Shown here: positions 36,436 through 46,077 of the stretch, piece after piece
Numbering within the stretch: position 1 is the stretch's first letter
Layout: each line of letters starts with the position of its first letter
Assembly: GCA_049697055.1 (NCBI GenBank)
Contig: JBAVVA010000020.1
Span: forward strand, 219 to 64,218
Origin: Candidatus Aminicenantales bacterium
Lineage (GTDB): Bacteria > Acidobacteriota > Aminicenantia > Aminicenantales > JAFGAV01
Direction of reading: 5' to 3'
DNA: 64,000 nt
Made by a program: the position numbers and the translations under genes
The notes under the pieces: generated by a model
Seen by the model: only the letters and a program-made list of their open reading frames with translations
Databases searched by the model: none
Told to the model about the DNA's origin: nothing

Positions 36436-38169
36436 ATGGGATGCTTCCCGAGGAAAATTCGCGATTTGTTTTTCTGTATTTTAATATTATCGGCCGGGTC
36501 GGGAAACTCTCCTGCCGTCATCTCTGCTCAGGAAGCCCGGCCGCCTTCCGACCGCCATCAACCCTATAATTTCACGGGCTGGCAGGGCATGGTCGTGGCG
36601 GCCAACCCCCTGGCCGCCGAGGCGGGCCTGGAGATGCTCAAGGAAGGCGGCAACGCCGTGGACGCCGCGCTGGCCACCTCCTTCGCCCTGAACGCGGCCG
36701 AGCCCTTCGCCTCAGGCCTGGGCGGCGGAGGCTGGATGCTCATCTATCTGGCCAAGGAAAACAAGATCACCGTCATAGACTACCGGGAGCGGACGCCCGC
36801 CGCGGCCTCCCCCCGGATGTTTGAGGAGAACGGTGAAGTCAAACAGGAATGGCGGGAAGCCCACGGATTGGCCGTCGCCGTTCCCGGCACCCCGGCCGGC
36901 TGGGAATACGCCTTGAAGCACTACGGCACCAAGACCTTAGCCGAGGTCAGCCGCCGGGCCGTGGAACTGGCCGAGCAGGGCTATCCGGTAAGCCCCACCT
37001 TCGCCGGCATCAACAAGGACGAGTACGAGAAGCTGCTGGCCAACGCCGGAGAGACGACCTGCTACCTGAACCGGGGCGTTCCCTATGAGACGGGCGAAAT
37101 CTTCAAAAACCCGGACCTGGCCCGCACCTTCAAGCTCCTGGCTGAAAAAGGGATGGGAGAGTTTTACCGGGGCGAACTGGCCCGTAAGATCGTTGAGGCG
37201 GTGAAGGCCAAGGGAGGGATTCTGACCCTGGAAGACCTGGCCTCCTTCCAGGCCAGGGAAGTGAAGCCGCTGCGGGGCGTCTATAAGGATTATGTCCTTT
37301 ATACCATCCCCCCGCCCAGCTCGGGCGGGCTCCATGCCATCCAGCTCTTGAACATCCTGGAAGCCTGGCCGCTGCGCGACTGGGGCCAAAACTCTCCGGC
37401 CACCATCCACCACTTCAGCGAGGCCCTGCGCTTCGTGTTCGCCGACCGGGAGCGCTACCTGGGCGATCCGGATTTCGTATCGATTCCAACCCAGGCCATC
37501 TGCGAAAAGGATTATGCCCGCCGCCTCGCTTCTCTCATCAAACCCGACCGGGTGCTGGGAGATTATCCCTCCGGCACGTTTGAGAAGCACAGCCCCACCG
37601 GCAACACGACTCACCTCTGCGTGGTGGACCGGGAGGGCAATATCGTCTCCCAGACTCAATCGATCAACCTCTTCTTCGGCTCGGGCATCATCCCCGAAGG
37701 AACGGGCTTCCTGCTGAACGACATCATGGACGATTTCTCCGAGGACCCCGAGTCTCTGAACGCCCCCCGGCCCGGCCGCCGGCCGCTGAGCTCCATGGCC
37801 CCGCTTATTCTATTTAATAAGGACAGGCCCTACCTTGTTCTCGGCTCCCCGGGCGGCACCCGCATTTTTTCCAGCCTGGTGCAGATCATCCTCAACGTGG
37901 TGGAGTTCGGCCTGTCCCTCGACGAAGCCATCGAGGCTCCGCGTTTCTTCTCTGATTCGGTCAAGGGCAAAGCCCGGCCGGTGGCCCTCGAGTCGCGCAT
38001 CCCGGAAGCGACGCGGGCGGCCCTGGAGAAACTGGGCCACCAAATTAGCTTGAAGGAAGCTTATGACAAGTACTTCGGCGGAGCCCAGGGCTTGCTGATC
38101 CTGCGCGACAAACGGCTCATCCTGGGCGGCGCCGACTCCCGCCGCGACGGCTCAGGCGCCGGCTACTAG
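36436..38169 (+). CDS. ggt: Gamma-glutamyltranspeptidase
   Basis: Signal peptide 'FFCILILSAGSG'; autoprocessing 'GNTTHLCVVD', 'GSPGGTRI', 'LNDIMDDF'. Confidence 0.85.
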   Translation: MGCFPRKIRDLFFCILILSAGSGNSPAVISAQEARPPSDRHQPYNFTGWQGMVVAANPLAAEAGLEMLKEGGNAVDAALATSFALNAAEPFASGLGGGGWMLIYLAKENKITVIDYRERTPAAASPRMFEENGEVKQEWREAHGLAVAVPGTPAGWEYALKHYGTKTLAEVSRRAVELAEQGYPVSPTFAGINKDEYEKLLANAGETTCYLNRGVPYETGEIFKNPDLARTFKLLAEKGMGEFYRGELARKIVEAVKAKGGILTLEDLASFQAREVKPLRGVYKDYVLYTIPPPSSGGLHAIQLLNILEAWPLRDWGQNSPATIHHFSEALRFVFADRERYLGDPDFVSIPTQAICEKDYARRLASLIKPDRVLGDYPSGTFEKHSPTGNTTHLCVVDREGNIVSQTQSINLFFGSGIIPEGTGFLLNDIMDDFSEDPESLNAPRPGRRPLSSMAPLILFNKDRPYLVLGSPGGTRIFSSLVQIILNVVEFGLSLDEAIEAPRFFSDSVKGKARPVALESRIPEATRAALEKLGHQISLKEAYDKYFGGAQGLLILRDKRLILGGADSRRDGSGAGY

Positions 38170-38347
38170 CGCGCCTCCGTGCACTTCCATTTAAGTTTCT
38201 TAAGCCAGTTCTTCCGCCAAAATAGAGGCCGCCAAGGGGCAACCGCTGCCAAAAAAGGGCTTGCCATCGCCCGTGGATAGTTTTAAGATAATATTGTCTT
38301 TTTAGGGGGACGGTTGATGGGACCAGGCAGGAGACAACGTTCTTGTC

Positions 38348-38371
38348 ATGATATTTTTTCGAAAAAATCAT
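38348..38371. promoter_or_regulatory. Imperfect inverted repeat ATGATATTTTTTCGAAAAAATCAT ~40 nt upstream of the PLD gene (candidate operator)
   Basis: Read directly; centred on TTCGAA. Confidence 0.3.
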
Positions 38372-38411
38372 AGCGTCTCAGAATCACTAGATTCCGGGAG
38401 GATACCAAGAC

Positions 38412-40076
38412 ATGAAAATCAAAGTTTTTCACAACGGCGACGATGTCTTCATCGCTTGGAAACCAAAGGGATTCATACCCGGCTGCCGGGGTTTTGCGCT
38501 CCTGCGCCGGCGCAACGGCCTGGAGGAGGTGGTCAGCACTTGGGTCGGCTTTGTGGATGATGAATACCAGGACGGCGAGCGCCGGGCCTCGACGAACTGG
38601 CCGATCCAGAAATACCAATGGACGGATTACATGGCCAAGCCCGGTGACAAACTGCAGTACCGCGTCGTGCCGATGGTGGGGCCGGACAAAAAGAGTTTGA
38701 GGGCCGAGGCGGCCGAGGCCAGCCAGTGGACCGAGGAAATCTCCCTCCAGCACGAAGTGACGCCGAAAATCGAAGCCGTTTTCAACCGCGGCATCGTGGC
38801 CGCCCAATGGGTGTCGCGCCGGCTGGGCATTACCGGGCAGAACGGGCAGGCTCAGAAACTCCGCACGGTGATCAGCCGGCCGAATGACCCCTTCCGCGAC
38901 TATCTGGCCGGGCCGCTGGGGGCCCGGCTGTTTGAATTGCTGGCGGCAGCGGCCAAGGACAAGCGCGAGATTTACGCGGCCCTCTATGAACTGGACGACG
39001 AACAGCTGGAGATGGCGCTGGAGAAGCTCGGCCGACAGGCCCATGTCGTCCTGGCCAACGGCAGCGTTAAAAAGAAGGGCGAAGACCAAAACCGCCGGGC
39101 CCGGAAGCGGCTGGCCGGCAAGATCGACCTGCACGACAGAATGATTTCGCCCCGGGCCCTGGGGCACAACAAATTCCTGGTCATTTGTGATGGCCAGGGA
39201 AAACCGCGCTGGGTCTGGACGGGGAGCCAGAACTGGACAAAAACCGGGCTATGCACCCAGGCCAACAACTCGGTGCTGATCGACAACGGCCGCTTGGCGG
39301 CGGACTATCGCGCCCAATGGGGCTTGCTCGAGGACGCCGGCGACGAAACGCCCCAGGGCCTAAAGGCCAGCAACAGCAAGCCGCGCGACCATAAGCTGGG
39401 GGCGACGCCGCTCCGCCTGTGGTTCACGCCTACCGTGGGCCAGGTCGACCTCAACGAAGCGCGCCGGCTCATCGCCGGCGCCAAACAGGCCATCCTCTTT
39501 TTAATGTTCAACCCGGGGCCCAAGGAGACCTTGCTCAATGAAATTATCAAAACGGCCCGGGCCGGCGTGACGGGCCGGCGTCTTTACATCCACGGAGTGA
39601 TCAACCAGGACCCCAGCACTTCCCAGAACCCGGTCGAGCTCTTTCAAGGCAAGAACTCGGAAAAGGCCGATTTTGAGGTCGTCCTGCCGGCGGCCGTCGA
39701 CGAGGTGACATCCTTCTGGCACAAAGAATTGAAACAACTGCCGGGCACCTTTGCCATGGTCCACAGCAAGGTGGTGCTCATCGACCCGTTCAGCGCCCAT
39801 CCGCTGCTGCTGACCGGCTCGCACAACCTCGGCCCCAAAGCGAGCGGGGTCAACGACGAGAACCTGCTCGTCATCCGCGAGGCGCCCCTGCTGGCGGCCG
39901 CCTACGCCACAAACATCATGGCCATCTACAACCAATATCGCTGGCGCTTCCGCCGTCAGACCCAGCCCCAGAGCAAGCGGTGGAAGGGGCTGATGGATGG
40001 GGATGCCTGGCAGAAGGGCTACCTCAAGCCCGGCAGCCAGGCGCTGCGCGAGATCGATTTCTGGGTGGGCGACTGA
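38412..40076 (+). CDS. Phospholipase D superfamily protein with two HKD motifs (no signal peptide) and ~120-aa N-terminal beta-rich domain
   Basis: HKD1 'GHNKFLVICDGQGKPRWVWTGSQNWT', HKD2 'VHSKVVLIDPFSAHPLLLTGSHNLGPKA'. Confidence 0.75.
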   Translation: MKIKVFHNGDDVFIAWKPKGFIPGCRGFALLRRRNGLEEVVSTWVGFVDDEYQDGERRASTNWPIQKYQWTDYMAKPGDKLQYRVVPMVGPDKKSLRAEAAEASQWTEEISLQHEVTPKIEAVFNRGIVAAQWVSRRLGITGQNGQAQKLRTVISRPNDPFRDYLAGPLGARLFELLAAAAKDKREIYAALYELDDEQLEMALEKLGRQAHVVLANGSVKKKGEDQNRRARKRLAGKIDLHDRMISPRALGHNKFLVICDGQGKPRWVWTGSQNWTKTGLCTQANNSVLIDNGRLAADYRAQWGLLEDAGDETPQGLKASNSKPRDHKLGATPLRLWFTPTVGQVDLNEARRLIAGAKQAILFLMFNPGPKETLLNEIIKTARAGVTGRRLYIHGVINQDPSTSQNPVELFQGKNSEKADFEVVLPAAVDEVTSFWHKELKQLPGTFAMVHSKVVLIDPFSAHPLLLTGSHNLGPKASGVNDENLLVIREAPLLAAAYATNIMAIYNQYRWRFRRQTQPQSKRWKGLMDGDAWQKGYLKPGSQALREIDFWVGD

Positions 40077-40083
40077 CCCAGCC

Positions 40084-40707
40084 TTAATACATCACCCCGC
40101 ACTGGTCGATCAGCGTCCCGCTGAATTTTTTAAGCTGCAGGTAGAGATGACCCTTCATGATGCCGGCCTGCACCTCTTTACTATGCGGCGTCGCCTCCGT
40201 CACATAATCAAAAACATGGTTCAAGGTGAAACCACTTTCCGTAAACTGCATAGGGGGGACTTTGGGAATGCGGCAATCAAACACATAATCCTCCCATTCC
40301 TGGTTGATGTTGAGTTTGAAAAGACAGGCCTTGAGTTTTTCTCCGGATACAAGTCCATCGATGTCGATCTTTCCCTTCAAGGCCGCCTGGCACTTTGCCC
40401 CATTGGGGGCAGTCGCTGTGGAAGTCCCCTTGGCATCTTTAACCAAACCTTTTATGGCCCAGATGCCGACCTTATCATTCCAGGAGATCTCGAAAGGGAT
40501 ATTTGCCCTTAAGTCAATTTCATGGACGCCATGGCTGACATACTTGAGAGTCTCGTGGAACTCAAATTCCCCGGTGAAGTTCGGTTTTGTTTCGCCCGGT
40601 TGGCTGGGCGGGGAGGAATGGGCAGTTCCGTCGGCCGGCCCGCCGGCTAAGAATGAGATTAGCCCAGCCGCCAATACCAAGGCCAAAAAGGGAATAGCTT
40701 TTTTCAT
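40084..40707 (-). CDS. Exported hypothetical protein
   Basis: Signal peptide 'MKKAIPFLALVLAAGLISFLAG'; visibly lower GC than neighbours; no recognisable domain. Confidence 0.4.
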   Translation of the reverse strand: MKKAIPFLALVLAAGLISFLAGGPADGTAHSSPPSQPGETKPNFTGEFEFHETLKYVSHGVHEIDLRANIPFEISWNDKVGIWAIKGLVKDAKGTSTATAPNGAKCQAALKGKIDIDGLVSGEKLKACLFKLNINQEWEDYVFDCRIPKVPPMQFTESGFTLNHVFDYVTEATPHSKEVQAGIMKGHLYLQLKKFSGTLIDQCGVMY

Positions 40708-40779
40708 GACCCCTCCCCCATCGCGAGGGAGTATAAGGCCCGCCTCAAAAAAATGTCAAGGAAAGTTCTGACAAAAGAA

Positions 40780-40913
40780 GCATCTCCAACCCTGTGATAT
40801 AAGGGGAGGGGTGGCACGGCGGAAGGGCTCCCCACCCGCGCGCAGCTTGGCGAGCACGGATGGGGAGGAGCCGTGACAGGACCCCTCCTCTTCTTGAAGC
40901 TCAAATCACACAA
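40780..40913. repeat. Hairpin-forming repeat element copy B
   Basis: Same termini and core arms as 33120-33284; apical part differs but keeps complementarity (GGCTCCCCA...TGGGGAGGAGCC). Confidence 0.6.
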
Positions 40914-41067
40914 AAGGAGATGCTTTCTCTGATAAACTGGATCTATCACGAAAAAAGTGATGCTTTCCTGGCCGTTTCTCTCATTGAGAAAATCAGGAGA
41001 ATATGAGATAAATAAAGGCCGTGCCTCATCAAAAGCTTTCCCAGCCTTTGCCGTCAAAGTGAGGAGA

Positions 41068-41595
41068 ATGATGATGAAAATCCGATGGAGCCCTGTTCTT
41101 GTCCTTGTCTTTCTGTCGCTGGCCCTTGTCTGCTGCCAGCGCCAAGGGGAGGAGAAGCCCGCCGGGACCCTGCCCGTCAGAGAGCTCCTGGCAGCCGGAC
41201 GGTCGCCGGTGGAGATCCGGTCCATCGTCCCCATGCTGGTCAGCCTGGCCGCCCCGACTTTCAAAGTCACAGTCAAGAACGTCACCGATGCGCCCTTGAC
41301 CTCCATCGTCTGGACGGCGGTGGCCTTCGATGAAAACGGAAATCCCATCCCCGAGGGGGAGGTCGAGGGAGGCTATGCCGACTCTCTCAACCCCATGGCC
41401 GCCGGCGAGACCAGCGAGCTCAGCTTCATGATTCAGGTGGAGAAGACCGCCAGCGTCAAACTGGTGCTCAAGGAAGTGATCTACAAGGCGCCCAACCCGA
41501 TGGGCAAGAAGTATGGCGACCTGCCCTATAAATGGACCAACCCTTACTACCAAGCGGAGCTGAAAAAAGCCAGGGGGATCTCCATCAGTGACTGA
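41068..41595 (+). CDS. Hypothetical lipoprotein/secreted protein
   Basis: Internal ATG giving 'MMMKIRWSPVLVLVFLSLALVCC' signal; no recognised domain. Confidence 0.35.
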   Translation: MMMKIRWSPVLVLVFLSLALVCCQRQGEEKPAGTLPVRELLAAGRSPVEIRSIVPMLVSLAAPTFKVTVKNVTDAPLTSIVWTAVAFDENGNPIPEGEVEGGYADSLNPMAAGETSELSFMIQVEKTASVKLVLKEVIYKAPNPMGKKYGDLPYKWTNPYYQAELKKARGISISD

Positions 41596-41605
41596 ACGAG
41601 AAGGA

Positions 41606-42166
41606 ATGAAAAAGCTGCTTTCTTTGATTTCAGGAGTCATGCTCCTGGCCTCCCTGGCCCTGGCCGCAGCGCCGGCCGGTCAAACGGATGGAATATTCGT
41701 GCAGCCCATTCTCCTGACCTCAGCCGGCCAGAGCGCCGACATTCAACTGGCCTCCGTGCTCCTTAAAAGGGGCGGCCTGAACTACACCCTGGTCAAGCTG
41801 GCCACGGACAAAGACCTGGAAGGATACAAGACCGTGGTCCTGGTGCTGGGCGCCAGCCTCAAGGGATTGGGCGCGGCCGGGCTCGACCTGCCCCGGGAAA
41901 GGGAGCGGGTCAGCGCTCTGCTCAAAACGGCCCGCGACAAAAACATTCCCGTCTTCTGCCTTCACCTGGGCGGGGCAGACCGGCGGGGCCAGACCACGGA
42001 CGAGCTGGTGACGGCTTTCCTGCCGCTGGCTAGGATGGCGGTAGTGGTCAGGTCGGGCAACCATGACGGCTTGTTCACCAGGATTTGCCGGGATAAAAAC
42101 ATCCCGCTGGTCGAGGTGGACAAGACCATTGAGGCGGCCGAGCCAATAAAAAAAGCCTTTAAATAA
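41606..42166 (+). CDS. Secreted hypothetical protein, possibly transporter-associated
   Basis: ATG 41606 after gaaggaa; signal 'MKKLLSLISGVMLLASLALAAA'; immediately upstream of a polytopic permease gene. Confidence 0.35.
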   Translation: MKKLLSLISGVMLLASLALAAAPAGQTDGIFVQPILLTSAGQSADIQLASVLLKRGGLNYTLVKLATDKDLEGYKTVVLVLGASLKGLGAAGLDLPRERERVSALLKTARDKNIPVFCLHLGGADRRGQTTDELVTAFLPLARMAVVVRSGNHDGLFTRICRDKNIPLVEVDKTIEAAEPIKKAFK

Positions 42167-42193
42167 TCTGAAAATTTATCGCCGACAGCCATA

Positions 42194-43687
42194 ATGCCGG
42201 AATACCTTGTCTTCATCCTGATGGTGGCGGTATTCGTGGCGCTGGCCATGGCCTTCAAGCTGCCCATCGGCCTGGCCCTAGTGGCTTCGGCTGTGGCCGG
42301 GATGCTGGCCGGCGGCCAAGGGTTCAGCCTCCGTCACTTGGTCGAGGGAAGCTTCGGGTTCTTCGACGTCATCCTCATCATCTCGACGGCCATGATCTAC
42401 ATGAAGGTCCTCCAGGCCTCCGGCATCCTGGACAGCGTCACCGCCCTGCTCCTGCGGGCCTTTTACCGGAGAAAGACGCTGCTGTTGCTGGCGGCCATGC
42501 TGCTGGTCATGTTCCCCGGCATGATCACCGGCTCGTCGGTGACCTCGGTGCTTGCCGCCGGCCCCCTGGTAGCGCCCGTGCTGCAGAAGCTGGGGATGTC
42601 GCGGCTCAAGACCGCGGCCTTCATCGCCATGGGCGGCATCCTGGGCATGATCGCCCCGCCGGTCAATATCCTGGTCATGATCATGGGCGGCGGAGTGGAC
42701 CTCCCCTACGTGGGCTTCACCCTCCCGCTCCTGGCGCTGACCTTTCCACCCGCGATTTTCACCGCCCTGTGGCTGGGAGGCGGGGGGGTCAAGGTTATCA
42801 GCCGCCGGGAGATGACGGCCATTCTGCCGCAGTCCTGGTTCCCTCAGTACGGCTTCAAGCTCTTCCTGCCGCTGGCCGTGCTGGCCGCACTTTTCCTCGG
42901 TCAGGGCGCGCTGGCCCGCGTCATGCCCGACCCGGGCATTCCGGCTTTCTTCCTTATCAGCAGCCTGGTTGGCCTCCGAACCGGCCGGCCCTTCAATTTT
43001 TTCAAGGCCGCCCAGCAAGCCATTGGGGAGGTGATCCCCCTGCTGACCCTCCTTTTCGGAGTCGGTATGTTCATCCAGGTCATGACCCTGACCGGGGCCC
43101 GGGGCTGGACGGTCATCACCATACTGTCCCTGCCCGCTTTTCTGATCTATCCGGGAATGGCCCTCAGCCTGCCGATCTTCGGCGGCGTGTCGGCCTTCGG
43201 CTCGGCCTCCATCCTGGGCGTACCCTTCATCCTGGCCCTCCTGGACAAGAATGCCGTCATCACCGTCTCGGCCCTGTCGGGCATCGTCGGGCTGGGAGAC
43301 CTGATGCCGCCCTCGGCCATCGCCGGCAGGTTTTCGGCCAAGGTTGTCGGCGAGGGTAGTTTCTTCAAAGTTGTCCGGCACTGCCTCGTGCCGGCCCTGG
43401 TCCTGCTCGCCGCCGGCCTGGCCTTCCTTCTGCTGGCTCCCCAGTTGGCCAGCCTGCTCGTGCCCGGCCCGGGAGCCGTTCCGGTCAAAACCGGCGCCCC
43501 TCTCCCAAGCTCTTCCTCATTCCAGGACATCATGGCCGGCGGCTTGCCCATCGCCTACCAGCTCATCGTCTTATTCCTGGCCGGAAGCCTGGTGTGGTAC
43601 CTTTGGCGGGAGAAGAAATTCCTCGGCCAGCTCAGCGCCTCCCTGGTCCTGGTCATGTTCCTATTAAGGCTGTTCCTCATCAAGTGA
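42194..43687 (+). CDS. Polytopic membrane transporter permease (TRAP DctM-like / TctA-like)
   Basis: 497 aa, 12 or more hydrophobic helices, Gly-rich 'MIMGGGVDLPYVG', no soluble domains. Confidence 0.5.
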   Translation: MPEYLVFILMVAVFVALAMAFKLPIGLALVASAVAGMLAGGQGFSLRHLVEGSFGFFDVILIISTAMIYMKVLQASGILDSVTALLLRAFYRRKTLLLLAAMLLVMFPGMITGSSVTSVLAAGPLVAPVLQKLGMSRLKTAAFIAMGGILGMIAPPVNILVMIMGGGVDLPYVGFTLPLLALTFPPAIFTALWLGGGGVKVISRREMTAILPQSWFPQYGFKLFLPLAVLAALFLGQGALARVMPDPGIPAFFLISSLVGLRTGRPFNFFKAAQQAIGEVIPLLTLLFGVGMFIQVMTLTGARGWTVITILSLPAFLIYPGMALSLPIFGGVSAFGSASILGVPFILALLDKNAVITVSALSGIVGLGDLMPPSAIAGRFSAKVVGEGSFFKVVRHCLVPALVLLAAGLAFLLLAPQLASLLVPGPGAVPVKTGAPLPSSSSFQDIMAGGLPIAYQLIVLFLAGSLVWYLWREKKFLGQLSASLVLVMFLLRLFLIK

Positions 43688-43694
43688 GAGGAGG

Positions 43695-44831
43695 ATGACC
43701 AAGCCCCTCAGATCAATCCTGGCCGGAGCCGGCCTGCTAGCCTTCAGCGCCGCGGTCAGCCTCCTGGCCGGCCTCAGCTTCTGGAGCCTGCACCGGCCCG
43801 AGCCCCTTTATCCCGGCGCCGGGCTGGCCGGCCGCAGGATGCTCAGCGACTATTTCCCCGGCCTCAAAAAGACAAAAGGCGATACCGAAGTTTTTCTCTT
43901 TGAAGGGAAAGAGCCGGGCGGGACAATGCTCATCCTGGGGGGCACTCACGCCAATGAACCCGGCGGGTTCATTACCGCCGTGGTTATGCTGGAAAATATC
44001 GCCGTCCGCCGAGGCCGGGTCCTCATCGTGCCCCGGGCCAACTCGAGCGCCTTCAGCCACAGCGATCCTCAGGAAGCCGCGCCCCAGCGTTTTTTCCTGG
44101 CCAGGCCGGGCGGAGGCCGGCGCTGGTTTCGCTACGGGTCGCGCTTGACCAATCCCGTTGACCAGTGGCCCGATCCAACCCTCTACATCAACCCGGCCGG
44201 CCAGTTGCTGTCCGGGGCCGAGGCGCGGAACCTCAACCGCTGTTACCCCGGCCGGCCTCACGGCTACCTGACGGAGAAGATCGCTTTCGGGATCATGGAA
44301 CTCATCCGCCGCGAGAAGGTGGACCTGGGGTTGGACGTCCACGAGTCTGCGCCGGAGTACCCGGTCATCAACGCCATCGTCTTCCACGAACAGAGCGCGG
44401 AGCTGGCCGCCCTGGCCAAGCTCGAAGTGGAGGCGGGGGGCTTCGACATCCGGCTGGAGGGGTCGCCCCCGACCCTGCGCGGCCTCAGTCACCGTGAATG
44501 GGGAGATTACGCCGGCATCCACTCCATCTTGATCGAGACGGCCAACCCCTCCCAAGGCCGCCTCAAGGGCAAGCCCACCGCGAATCTTATCCTGGAGGGC
44601 AAGGACAAGTTTTATCTCCGGGCGGCGGGGCTCGGCCGCCTGTTCGTGCCATACAGCCGGGAGGGCATTCCCCTGCGGGTTCGACTGGCGCGTCACCTGG
44701 CCACCATCCAGGCCCTCGTCTCGAGCTTCAACAGCCTCTATCCGGCGAAGGAGATCCTTATCGACAACCTGCCCGCGCCGTCCGAAGTGCAGAAGAAGGA
44801 CGTGGGCTTTTTCCTCAGGCCCCCGCCCTGA
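43695..44831 (+). CDS. Succinylglutamate desuccinylase/aspartoacylase (AstE/AspA) family zinc hydrolase, membrane-anchored/periplasmic
   Basis: N-terminal TM/signal; Zn site 'LILGGTHANEPGG', 'CYPGRP', 'HESAPEY'. Confidence 0.7.
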   Translation: MTKPLRSILAGAGLLAFSAAVSLLAGLSFWSLHRPEPLYPGAGLAGRRMLSDYFPGLKKTKGDTEVFLFEGKEPGGTMLILGGTHANEPGGFITAVVMLENIAVRRGRVLIVPRANSSAFSHSDPQEAAPQRFFLARPGGGRRWFRYGSRLTNPVDQWPDPTLYINPAGQLLSGAEARNLNRCYPGRPHGYLTEKIAFGIMELIRREKVDLGLDVHESAPEYPVINAIVFHEQSAELAALAKLEVEAGGFDIRLEGSPPTLRGLSHREWGDYAGIHSILIETANPSQGRLKGKPTANLILEGKDKFYLRAAGLGRLFVPYSREGIPLRVRLARHLATIQALVSSFNSLYPAKEILIDNLPAPSEVQKKDVGFFLRPPP

Positions 44832-44840
44832 ACCCGTTGT

Positions 44841-45869
44841 CTAAAAATTCCGTTTGGGCCAGACCGGGCTGGACGGGTTTTGTCCAGGTTCCCAGACCAT
44901 CCGGCCCTGCCGGTCCACATAGCCCTCCCGGCCGAGAAGGCTGACCCGGGCCAAGCCGTTGATGAAACAATCGGCTTGGGCAAATCGGAAATCGATGACC
45001 GTCTGTCCCTGCCGGTCGAGGTAGCCCCATTTCCCGCGCTGGCTGACGGCGGCCAGCCCTCCGCAGAAAGGCAGGGCCTGTTCGTAGCGCGGCAGGATGA
45101 TGGTCGCCCCTTGGGCATTGATGAACCCGAAGCGGCCGGAGGGCGCCAGGCGCACGGCCGCCAGGCCCTCGGAAAAATACTGGGCTTCGGGAAAGTCACG
45201 TCCGGCAAAAAGAACCCGGCCCTGAGGGTCAATAAAGTTCGCGCCCCGCGGGGTCCCCACCACGGCCCGCCCTTCCTGGAATTCTTCCGCCGCCAGGAAG
45301 CGGGGGGTAATGACGACTTTCCCCGTCTTGTCGATGTAGCCCCATAGACCTCTCATTTTGACCGCGGCCAGGCCTTCGAAGAAATCACGGGCCTCCTCAT
45401 AGCCGCCCAGCCCGATGCGGTTCCCCTTGGCATCCAGGTATCCCCACAGGCCGGCCAGTTTCACTCTAGCCCGTCCCTCCTGGAAGGGGCCGGCCTCCTC
45501 GAATGCGGCGGCGATGACCCGGCGCCCGGTCTGGTCGATGTAACCCATCCGGCCTTTAACGGCCACCACGGCCAACCCCTCGGAGAAAAAGCCCGCTTCG
45601 TCGAACTGAGCTTGGATCACTAAGCGTCCCGTCCGGTCGATATAGCCCCACAGCGGCCCTCTCCGGGCGGCGCACAGGTCCTCGGAGAAAAAGCCCACGG
45701 CCTCGAACTGGGGATTAATGACCAGGCGTCCGGAAGAATCGATAAACCCCACCCTGGTCAGAACGCGGACATCCCACAGCCCGCTGGTATTCTCCAGCCG
45801 CTTTTCCTTGGCCGGCAGAGAAACGCTCAAGGCCAGGAAGATGATCAGGATTTTTGCATATTTGGTCAT
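44841..45869 (-). CDS. WG-containing repeat (KWG) protein, secreted
   Basis: ATG after ggggaggaag RBS; signal 'MTKYAKILIIFLALSVSLPA'; about 10 repeats 'GLWGYID.TGR.VI...F.EA..F.EGLA.V'. Confidence 0.7.
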   Translation of the reverse strand: MTKYAKILIIFLALSVSLPAKEKRLENTSGLWDVRVLTRVGFIDSSGRLVINPQFEAVGFFSEDLCAARRGPLWGYIDRTGRLVIQAQFDEAGFFSEGLAVVAVKGRMGYIDQTGRRVIAAAFEEAGPFQEGRARVKLAGLWGYLDAKGNRIGLGGYEEARDFFEGLAAVKMRGLWGYIDKTGKVVITPRFLAAEEFQEGRAVVGTPRGANFIDPQGRVLFAGRDFPEAQYFSEGLAAVRLAPSGRFGFINAQGATIILPRYEQALPFCGGLAAVSQRGKWGYLDRQGQTVIDFRFAQADCFINGLARVSLLGREGYVDRQGRMVWEPGQNPSSPVWPKRNF

Positions 45870-46077
45870 TAGCTTCCTCCCCGGAGCGAGGCCGCCCCGG
45901 CCCAATCTTGTACAAATCATAGGTCAACAGCCCGAAAAAACCAAGAGTCCCCCCCGCTGGGCACGAGCTTCTGGGGGGGCGTCGGGCTGCCGCTAAGTGA
46001 AGATTTTATTTAGACTTAGGGTTGACAAAAGGCCTCCCCTGGAGTAGTATGAGGGACTATTTTTTAAGACATTTTTC

